Shown here in pieces: positions 53,701 to 64,000 of a DNA stretch of 64,000 nucleotides (within the stretch, counting starts at the first letter, position 1; each line of letters opens with the position of its first letter). The stretch comes from Marsupella aquatica. Taxonomy: Eukaryota; Plantae; Marchantiophyta. Position numbers and translations under genes: made by a program. The notes under the pieces are model-generated. The model had not been told where the DNA came from. It saw nothing but the letters and a program-made list of their open reading frames with translations, and did no database searches. The DNA is taken from positions 7,919,251-7,983,250 of the forward strand of contig OZ316892.1 in NCBI GenBank assembly GCA_973895155.1. Reading direction: 5' to 3'.

Positions 53701-53988
53701 GAGATACTTGATGACCCCCAAAATGCAGAGTGTTACTTGATGGACCATCATTGATCCCTACCTTTGATAGACCTCAAATCAATGTACCCAAAAGCTCGTG
53801 GGTCCCATGGGGTCTATCAAGTAAGACCCATCATTGATCCAGATAGTAGATAGACCTCAAATCAATAGTAGATAGACCTCAAATCAATAGTAGATAGACC
53901 TCAAATCAATGTACCCAAAAGCTCATGGGGTCCCATGGGGTCTATCAAGTAAGTTATTTCAATTCAGGGGTCCATCAAGTACATCTCG
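53701..53988. mobile_element. Small element with inverted ends and internal tandem repeats (MITE-like)
   Basis: gagatacttgatgacccc ... ggggtccatcaagtacatctc. Internal 4x gatagacctcaaatcaat and 2x gtacccaaaagctc.tggg.tcccatggggtctatcaagtaag. Confidence 0.65.
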
Positions 53989-54636
53989 GAATTTTCACAA
54001 TTTTTGACAAATCATGACGCAAAGAGAAAAACACAGGCCCTGATTCAAGCAATTTATGATGTAATTTTCAAGGCTCAGATTCTCCTGCCGGAGTGAGGGG
54101 CGCTACATCCTGTTGACTACTACATTGTGAGTATTTATAATTTAAGTACTGTAGCCCAATGCTCATGTCTCTTTGAATAGCTTTGTGAATAATAAGCATG
54201 TTGAACATAAGTGTTATGGAGGGTAATTAGCATGGCCAGGTAATAATCCTTGTGGCAAGTTGCCCTGGCCGATGGATTTCAAGGATTTTGTGTGAGCTGC
54301 GGGGAAAGTGATGGGTTGGGAGAAAAAAGGTGTACAATGAATAGTATAATATCCTGGTTAGAGGGCATTTTCAGATAAAATGTCTCTGGTTTCCCTCAAA
54401 ACAAGGGCATAGCTCAATTCTCACAATTCCTCTAAGTAGATACAACATCCAAAAATTCCTCACAGGTATAGGATGGGCTGTTGACTGAAATGTGCATAGC
54501 TCCCACCATGGTTGGGTAAGGGTAGACAAAATATAAAAACCTGTCTATATTATACAAGCAATGTGTTCCTGAAAAAAGAGTGGTGAGTAGATTTGGGAGG
54601 CAACAACTTTAATTTCCATCTATTTGTAAATCCACA

Positions 54637-55420
54637 AGGATGCATTTCATGAAACTCTTCATGAGCCTGTGGTAGACGAGCTTGGCAGGTTCCTAGATAT
54701 TGACTCTCTCCCACCCTCTGGCTTTGATGTTTCCTCTCCATGATTCCCAGCTCCAAGAAAAATGCACGGGCTTAAATTAAGAAAGGAAGAAGGAGGGCCG
54801 CAACCAAAAAAAGAAAGGTCTTCCTTTAATCATGAGCATTATGCGTGAAGCTGAATTAGGTTTTTTTTTAGGCAATGTTGTCAAGCCCATTCAATGACTA
54901 GCCAAGCCTGACCTCTGCTTGACATTTACGATATCATTGGTGTCGTTAGGTGCTACACTACAGGTTACGGGCTGAATTATGATTGAGATTTCATCTTGTA
55001 CCCAAATTTATGGAAGAGCTTTTAAGCACATTGCCACTAAAGATGTTTGAATTTACAATATTGTCACTGTTTTTTTTTTATTTACAAAAATGACATTGTT
55101 TCAGTGTATAGTTCCCCTAGTTACCTTGGTAAACTTGTTATTCGTATACAAAACAATGGCATTTTTATAAATACAGAAAAAAGTGGCAGTATTGTGAATT
55201 AGAACATCTTTAGTGGCAAAACAATCAAAAGCTGATTTGTGGAAGCCAATGCTCTTATTTTTGGTACCTTAGGGCCAACACTTTGCATCAAAGCCTCTCC
55301 ATTCGAGTGGTCTTACTGTGTTACGGTTAAGGGCTTTAGCTTTATATCATATCTCATGCATTCAACAATGTACTTTGGGAAGTGCTCCAATGACACTCCT
55401 GTCTTCATTGGGACTGTGCA
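54637..55420. repeat. Second copy of the 45585-46170 repeat, interrupted by a MITE
   Basis: Colinear with 45585-46170 once 55016-55244 is removed. Confidence 0.9.
55016..55234. mobile_element. Mutator-type fold-back MITE with 10-bp target-site duplication
   Basis: atttatggaa|GAGCTTTT...tgccactaaagatgtt ... aacatctttagtggca...AAAAGCTG|atttgtggaa. Empty site aaatttatggaagccaatg at 45961-45979. Confidence 0.9.
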
Positions 55421-56699
55421 CAACGTAAGTCAGAATTATAATAGTCATTCCTTTGTGAAGAACTGCACTTTTAAAGTGAATTATTATGATCAGCATGGTT
55501 GATAATCAGGTACAGTAGGGCTTGAACGACGGGAACTTGTGAGACTTGATACAGTTATCTATATTCACATTGTAATCTTCTATGGTCTTGGAAAGGAGAG
55601 GGCTAGGTCAGTGGTCAAATTGGTGCGTCTCACAAGCTAGGTTGAGTGGCTAAAATCGGGTGGCTTCTGGATTTGTGTTTGTCAGTGTTGGGAACCAAAG
55701 CTCCAATTCTTTCACACTGAGTCCATTTCAACCACATCTACAGGCAATGGGGGTCATTAGAAACAATAGAATACATGGCAACCATCCACAGTCTAAACAC
55801 ACAATAATCTAACATATACTGTAGTGGTCATCCTAAAGAATAGAATCAGCATTACTTGCTCGATGCATAGGCCAACACATTCAAACTCAATATTCAGCAT
55901 AGGAAGATTCTGCCCCAATTGAAGACTTCATCAAGAAATGAAAAGTTTTTAACTCTGTATTCTATGCCATCACACAAATTTTGCAATGTACTATCACTGC
56001 ATTCCAATATACCATACTTTGTAACATGACACCGGAACTCCAAAACTGAGAATTGACCCCAACAAAGTGAGGAACTAGAAAGGACAACAGCCCACAGAGA
56101 GAACTGCAAATTTTAAATTCACATGATGAAGCCCACACCCGTTAGGGAAAAGATATGATTCATTTCATAGAGCACAGAGTCATTTTCACATCGGCACATG
56201 TCAATATTGGTTCTTCTTTGCAAATCCAGGGCGCATTGTATGACAGCTATAGTACCTGGGTTAAATTCTCTAAATTCGCTTCCTGGTGTCCTTGATGACC
56301 ACCAAAGAGTATGTCCTTTAATACACTCTTTCTTTCGTTTTCATTTTTCTCTGTCTTGAATGCACGCTAGGAAAGTTATCTGCGTTGCATATAGGAACAA
56401 ATTGTTCTGATACCTCTTCCTTTCTAAGAGCACATAAGGAGCTGGGAAATTAGAGGCACTAGAGTAGTCTACCCAGGATAACTCTAGTAACTTAATGTCC
56501 TTTCCACATTTGGCTTCGTAACTTTCCAAAATACTCGGTACTCTTCCGCACATCCTTCTTCGGATTCTTTCCTAAGTTGTCTAGTCCAGTAATGCCATCA
56601 ACAGCCACAGAAGCCCAATTCTGATATATGGAAATCCAATTCTGGACATCAAGGGAAAGTAATCAATTCTTCGAAAGGTACGGTACAGTTCTTAAATAG

Positions 56700-58340
56700 A
56701 TTAGAGGGTGATAATATGGATTTTGTGATCATCCGCCTCAAGAATTATCATGCTTCCAATCCCCTTTGTGCAACCCACAATGAGAATTTTGTAGACTATC
56801 AAATATAAGTAGAGGAAGAAGATGTATGACACGTGGGTATAGTCAGGAGAATTAAGCTCTTCTCACCACTCAATGAGTGCTAGTCGGTGACAGATGTGGG
56901 TTCACAATTTCAGAGTTTTATCCTGGAAACAGACCAAAGCGATCAACTATAGTATGGCTCTCCATCATAGGAAAGCGAGACCCCAAACACTGAGCTCTCC
57001 CCACTGTACCAAAACAAAGGATTTAAGATCCTATCTGAGTAGAAACCTCAGCAATGTGTTCAGGGGATAGATTGAACCCCCGGAAGAAGACTGGTGGACA
57101 TCAAATTTGCACCTCTTCGCTCTGCACTCCATCATTTGTGACTACTAATGAACTAGAATGGTAAGGGAAAATTATCGTGCAGCAGGACTTCAAAACCTTA
57201 GCACGGATGGAAACATTTGGGTTTCACATTTCAGAGTTCAAGCAAGATTACAAAAAGCAGCCAAGGGATAATACTATGGTAGACCTTAAACTCTGTGTTG
57301 CAAATGCAACCTACTCTTCTGCTTGCAAGATCTTGAACTACACCACGTCCAAATCAAAGTGACGGAGCACAAGGAAGCAACTCAAGCCACCGTCGTGTAG
57401 GTTGACTCCCTAGTCTGCTTGCATCAAAATCAGGCTCCCCATGAGTAGAACTCAGAGGCAGCAGAAACCCTAGTTTCAAACATATTCTTCTGTATGCAAT
57501 GCATGAATCCAAACCAAGGGACGAATTTGATTCAAGTGCATTTGATTTATTCAAGTATGTCACCTCATGAGAGAGATTGGAAAAAAGCAGACTGGACAGA
57601 CCATAACGGACCCGACAATTTTGAGTCTGGGGCCATGGAAGGAGACATCGAAGGTTACCAGATAAACTTCGTCACCAAGAAAGGGGATGCGACATCGATA
57701 TGAGCCTGAGTTTCAGACAAACATGCTAATAAAACCGGACCGAGCACAATCCAACTACAAACAGGACCCTATGGGCAACGTTTCCAAAATAAGCCATTAA
57801 GAGAGAAACAACAATTCAAAGTGCAGCAAAACCAAAAGAAGAAAGCGGTCACAGTAGAATTGAGCACAACAGAAACACAGAAGAGTGGATTGCGAGATTT
57901 CCATGCTGCCAGCCTTTGCTGTTCAAGGAGCTCCTCTGGCATGGAAAGTCCAAGAATTCAAGGGAGTTTCTGGTGGAGGGCAGATGCCAGTAAGCCAAAG
58001 TGAAAAAAAGACAACTGCATCAATGTTCAAGCAACAAGACGAGAGCAAAAATGGCATGTACTCAGAGGTATCAATAAGTAGAGAAGATCCTCCGTCCTTA
58101 TCACAGATTCAAAATTCTGAAGAAGAAGGGGATGCATGCAAACCTGAAGGCGGGTGATCCACATTACACAATTTTACACTCCCGGTTCAATAATGTGATC
58201 ATCCATCATCCGAGAAGAGGGCCAGGGCCATGGCCATGGCCATGGCAGATACCCTAAACAGGGACGTGATCAAATTGCTCATATCCATCAGGGTAAGCAC
58301 TTTCAGGGGTCAGCCACTCTTGTGGGAGGACTTTTATCTC
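56700..58340 (+). mobile_element. Heavily decayed LINE (L1-like) remnant
   Basis: Broken frames give TVV*V-LPSL (compare the L1 ORF1 motif VWVRLPxL) at about 57390-57420 and RFNNVIIHHPRR...MADTL (compare the RNase-H-like F..V...H..R....AD.L) at about 58180-58260. Many stops and frameshifts. Confidence 0.35.
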
Positions 58341-60417
58341 CTTCTTTTCTTTTCCGGTTCTCTCACATTCTTTGGTGTCAATTTTGTAAGCCCTGTTTTT
58401 TCTCCTTCTTTTCATTTCCGGTTCTCGAACATTCTTTGGTGTCAATTTTGTAAGCCCCATTTATAAATTGTAACCCACTAGGGGCATTTTTCATTGTATT
58501 TGATATATACTTTGGTGTCAATTTAATTAGTTAACCATCCTTCCTTATGAATCATAACCCACTTGGGATATTAAAGATTTTTCCTTTGTATTTGAATTGT
58601 TGTATGTGTGTCTTATACTGCAATATCATTGTATGGCAAAACCACCAAGAGATTGTTAATAGTAGGGCTGTCCTTACAACAGAGAAGTGAAGAAGTCACT
58701 ATGTGAGGTGAAAATATAACTCTGAGGAAGTCATTGTCAGAGTCAGGATATTCTGGTCAAGTTTTGAAAACGATTCAGTGGGTGAAGTTTGATAACACCC
58801 TCGTGAAAATGGTGTTAATGGACTCTTCCTCTGTATTCTCATTGACCATAACCCCATCACCAACCTGGGGGATTCACTGATTTAAGTACGTTTGTTACTA
58901 GTGCGAATCAGGGCCACAGCTCCTCCCAAACACAGTTCTTCTAATGTTCACTTGTCTGGTTTACACTGGATAACCCATCCCCTCTTGAGGGCCCATCGCC
59001 TGTACTGCCTTGGGGCAAACTGCCCACAGGGATTACAGCCTATAAACGCATTAAGGGGATGGGTCACCCTACACATTGTTATTGATCATGGAGTGAGTTT
59101 TCCTCCCTGCTCTAGAACACTTAGGTCATTTGGGCATGTCAATTTTTGAAATGAAGATTTCTGCCCAATTATGATGATTTTAGCCACGATGTAGTGGCTA
59201 GGATGGAACCTGATTTATTTTTAACATTCTCACATGAGACAGTTATAAAGGGATGCAGTTTCACATGACAGGACTCCCATGCCCCATCCATGAGTGGAAT
59301 TTACTTTGGCAATTTCTGGACAAAATGAAATTAACATTGTCACATGAATGACTTCCCAAGTAGCCACTAAAATTTCTTCACATGACCTGGCCAGATTTTA
59401 GTCACGTTTCTTTAACATGGCATAACATGGCACCTGTAGCCTGGAGTCACACTTACCAGGCTGAAGTCTTGCCAAAGTCACTTATGGTTGGGTCTCAAAA
59501 AATGGTATTCTATTCTAGTGTACTTGACACACCCTATTATTCTTTAATTAAACACTCACTTTATGCTTGACCACTTTTTCCCCTAGACCTGGCTGGGACA
59601 TTGCTCCCTGATTTTTCCCCTCCCTTCTACACCTTGCACATATTTTAAATAAATGTTAGCCATGCTCATCCTTGAACACTTCTTTTATTCTGTAAGTACT
59701 GAGCTCCTAGAAAGATGGGCGATGAAATATGGTGCTGGGTGCACCCATCACACGTGCAGCATGCTATCAACAGTCAATTAGGTCAAAGCGCTCCATATTT
59801 GGAAACATGACATGAGAAATTTTGGCACATAGTACAATCACATGGCCAAGTCAGCTGCTCCCGGGGTGGTCATACCAACAAAAAGATGATTATGCATATG
59901 CACCACAAGTAGAGGAGTGCTGCCCTACAAAGATGAAGTTAATGAATCCTAGCATCCCCTAGTTTTTCCTTTGGCAACTCTACCCCCAATAAAGGATTTT
60001 GGGAAACACTTTCATCCTATAATTATGATCTATAAGCCATGGAAACCTTGTTTGGGTGATTTCACCTTACCTCAAAGTTGGGTTATCTCACCTTTGTACC
60101 TTTCACTTCTTTTTTGAAATAGAGGAAACCCCCGGCTAGCCGTAATCCAGCAGACGCGGGGGAAAGTCACCTTCACCTCTCTCTAAGATTGAGTATAACT
60201 ACATTTACAAGACAAAAAGTTCAGATTTATAGCTTTGAATGCTTGGAAAGGAATCACTTCTAAAACATAGCGTGCTCAAGGTGCAGAAAGAATATTGGCC
60301 CTTAAATCTCACGGGACACCAATGGTCAAGTGATCTCATATTTAATTGTCTGTGAATGTTGAACTCTTCATACATCAAGTATAATGAACACGAAGATCAA
60401 AATCATCTCCTTCTTAG

Positions 60418-60937
60418 TCGCGAATGGCTCCACACTCCAGATCCCGGAGGGAGGATAGCCCTCATTTGGGCAGTTGTATTTGGGGACCGCTTGACTACCC
60501 GTAGAGTTATCAAGTACACTACTAAGAAGGCACTGAACATGGTGGATAAGCAAGGTTGCTCCGCTCTTCATTATGCTGTGATGGAGGGAAGAACTGATGT
60601 TGTCAAATCACTCCTCAAGAAAGGTGCACCTTACTAATGGCTAAATGTAGAACTGCTAGTCAGACCTTTGCCCAAGCAATAGACCAAATTAATAAACTAT
60701 AAATTCTCTCTTCTATGGATTGTGTTTGCCCACCTTCATGCTACATTTAGTGTAAAGTTCAACAACTGGAAGTAGGCTCTGAAGTAGGCTTTGATATAGT
60801 AAATTAGTCAATCTAAAAAACATTGTAGCTTAGTCAACACTAAATATAATGAGTGATAACAAAATGCATCATTTTAAAGAAAACATGAAACATAGTTGAG
60901 TTTCAGTTGTGTCACTGACTCATACTTACTTGAATTA

Positions 60938-60975
<38 letters not shown>

Positions 60976-63203
60976 TTGAGTATATTCACCCTGATCAGCA
61001 CCTTTCCTTTGATCTGGGATTTGCTGCCTTCCACTCCCTTCAGCTGAAATGACTACTTTGCCATTGTTTTTATTTGATTGATTAGAATGCCACTGTTTTG
61101 ACCCAAGATTAACCTAAGTCAATTCTAAGGGGGTTACTATCTTGCATCGCTTCCTCCACCCTATCCAGACTGGATCCTTAAACAGGAGATATACCTCTTC
61201 CCTCTCTGTACATGCTCATCCTCTCCATACAATCATATAGTCCCCCCTTTCTGTGGGCCCTTCTGTGTATACTCCTCTCACCCCCGATACACACTCCTCT
61301 CAGCCCTATGGGGAGGGGGAGGGGGAGGGGGAACTGTGTGTGAGGTGATATCATATTTATGTAAATGCATCCAGAGTACATACAGGGCTTGGGAGTATGT
61401 AAAGGGAGGTCCAATATGTGTGGGTAGATTGAAGGCAGTATGTACAAAGAAGGGGGATTCAAGAAGTGTGTATGTATGCACAAGGAGGAACATATGCATG
61501 AAAGTATAAATACAATCTAGATCGTCTGTGGGGATAGATGGGAACAATCTGGGCCGTTGATTCCAAAGAATAATCTGGGTTAGTACTGGGCTGAACAGTG
61601 ACATTCTTCTAAATTAAATAGTCATAAAGCTATATTTCTGCCCAGAAACACGGGCAAGGTCACAAATGTCAGTTCTAGGTAGCTTAATTTGATGAATTTT
61701 AATATGTGGTAATATTGGCATTCCATGTTTCTAGTACGTCTTGCACAATATTAATTATCCTTAATTAAGTAAATAATGCCACACTGTCATGTTCATATTT
61801 CTGCCACCCTGGTTGTCACCTCAATATTGTTGTGGAATTATTGGTTTCAGGTGCTCAAGTGAACATCCCAAATAATCTTGGGATGACAGCGCTACACTAT
61901 GCAGCTCAAACATTGAATGAGTTCATGATCAAAATGTTACTCAACCATAATGCAAATAGGTTGAGTTTGGATCATCTAAAGCGACTTCCATATCATGTTG
62001 CTGTACAATGGGGCTGCAATCCTAACATACTTCAGATCCTTGAGCCAGATGAGTTTGAAATTAGAGAGATGGGGCTGCCAAGTATGAGCACATCGCCCTA
62101 ACTTGATGCTATAATGTTACATGTCTGTATTTGGTAGTTACAAATCTAATCGGGCCATTATTGATTCAATTTGTGGTTTTATTTGAGGGCTTTTATTCAG
62201 TACTCTTACCTAGGTATTCTAATTTTGTGGATTTTATATTCTCACCTGGATAGCATAAAATTTATCGCAATGGTGAATATTCAAATTTTTTGAATAATTT
62301 GAAATTATTCATAAAGGTCATGTTTATGAATTTGAAATTATTGAAATTTGAATTTGAAAAAGTATTCATAAAGGTCATGTTTATGCAGATTTTAAAAGAG
62401 ATTGTTGTTACTTTATTTATTCTTACAGAAGATACCAGATAGAAAATTCCATTTCCATGTGTGTCTTGAAACTGAGGGAGGAAGCAGACACTGAGACAGA
62501 GAGAATGATTCACTCCTCTTTTGCTTTCAAGCTTGGTCTTCCCAATCCCACAATTCAAGTTGTTGCAGCTAATCAGGGTTTTCTTGTGCAGCTAATCAAT
62601 TTGAGAGAACACATATTAAGATCAAGAACAGGCTGAGCTAGAGTCAATGATTGGTAGTATCCCACTTCATTTTGCGCCAGAAACAATGCCTGGACAAGAT
62701 TCATGGTGCAAAATTTTGGATTGCCACAAATTAGAAGTACTAGTCTGACTGCCCGAGCTTTGCTAAGGCCCATGGTTGCCTTCCCAACCTGTGACCTCAC
62801 CCTGAAATTTGCCGCCACCCAAGTCTGTGTAGAGGCTTCACTCTAGACCACAGGAGTGTAGCTTTGATCACAATTATTAGTGAGATTTTCTACATTGTGG
62901 AAGTACAATAGCTCATCCAGATGGTTTATTGCAAATGTAGGTCCAGATGCACTCCCAGGAACTGAAAGATACGATTGTTTTGCTGAAGAAGAGACATCAG
63001 GAAGCAACTATGTGGTTAGGAAGTGGGTGCTAGCAGCGAAGAAGTATGCTGGAAACATTGAAAAGGCTCGTTCAAGAGACCATGCAATGAATCAACTAAG
63101 AAAAGAAATGGAGATCTGTGAACAAAACATGACAAAATTCCTTGAAAGTTGTAGATTGAATTTTGAATTCAAAAAAAGGCATCCACTTCACCAATTTAGA
63201 AAG
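60418..63203 (+). CDS. Ankyrin-repeat protein, partial model. Exons ~60418-60623, 61851-62081, 62941-63203; 5' and 3' ends unresolved (alternative stop at 62101)
   Basis: DPGGRIALIWAV, DKQGCSALHYAVMEGRTDVVKSLLKKG|AQVNIPNNLGMTALHYAA, DHLKRLPYHVAV. A phase-1 donor at 62081 joins in frame to the acceptor at 62941 (PDALPGTERYD...QFRK|gt). Confidence 0.8.
60942..60971. repeat. (TA)n microsatellite
   Basis: About 15 TA units. Confidence 0.92.
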
Positions 63204-64000
63204 GTTTGTGACAAATTTACTCATGTTTTTCTCTCCACTGTAATTTTTCATTAGTTTGTTCAAGAAAACTAAATAAGCTTTACATGCATGTACCCCTTAT
63301 GACTATTAGTACATTGTCAGTAGCCATGAAAATAGTGGCATACTTGTATTTAAAGTATGAAAGTTCAAACTTCTATGGACTTTTATGATCCTCTCTAGTG
63401 TTTGGTTTTTGATCTTCTACAAGTGAAGTTTTTCAGTTGTCTTAATCTCATATACTTTTTTTTAATTTATACACAAATCCATGCACATACATGGGAGGGT
63501 ATGCATGTTGGGTTAGTGTCAATGCCTCACAATCAAAAACACTTATTGGTTTTTCACCTATGCTATGTATGGGCAGGGTATTAAGATTGCTAATCTTCTC
63601 CTGCACATCCCCAGCAAGGGAGACAAGGCAATCAAATTTATACTTGAAATTGTCAAGAAGGCCCTAGGTAAATTAGAGCATAAACTCACTGACTCACCAG
63701 AATGGATATTGATTTTTTAAACTTAATTAAAGACTTTATCCTATTGCCACCTTTGAGTTTTCCCTTAGTTTTTCCTTGATGGCAATAAGCATAAAGGCTT
63801 TGAATTTGTGACAGTTTTGGAGGAATAAATCTGGTAAATGATGCAGCTCATTGAAGTACATATTAATACATGCATATAAATATGGAAAACAAATGTTTTC
63901 TGATGCACTCTTAGGGAATATAATATACATGTAAAGTAACACAAGATGAAGGGTTGTGTTCATTTGTTGTAATCTGACCAAGTGAAATCTTCCACTATAA

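Noticed and set aside
57050-57130. B-box-like gggttcaatc on the minus strand suggesting a tRNA
   Set aside because: No convincing cloverleaf or acceptor stem.
59715-59781. Possible first exon of the ankyrin gene (MGDEIWCWVHP...)
   Set aside because: Its phase-1 donor does not match the best acceptor (phase 2 at 60418); unsupported without transcript data.

Overview
Intron-rich land-plant nuclear DNA, most likely from a liverwort or another flagellate-sperm plant (inference from an LRRC46-like gene, a nuclear heteromeric-ACCase biotin carboxylase gene and alpha/beta-hydrolase NLRs). Spliced genes reconstructed by hand: an Old Yellow Enzyme/OPR-like gene (minus strand, runs off the left edge), a sterol C8,7-isomerase (HYD1/EBP), an LRRC46-like gene, a plastid biotin carboxylase (accC/CAC2) and a partial ankyrin-repeat gene. 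The centre (about 22.7-45.5 kb) is a birth-and-death cluster of immune receptors with the architecture transmembrane helix / alpha-beta-hydrolase / NB-ARC / LRR: one apparently intact 1377-aa gene, one full-length pseudogene and three orphan exon relics. All four introns are phase 0, the hydrolase nucleophile is Cys (GHCFGG) rather than Ser, and paralog differences concentrate at LRR concave-surface residues. Comparing duplicated segments within the window gives exact boundaries for a Helitron, a tRNA-like SINE and a Mutator-type MITE. A 4.2-kb TG...CA element with a 5-bp target-site duplication carries a long coiled-coil ORF but no gag/pol. All calls come from manual reading; no database searches were run.
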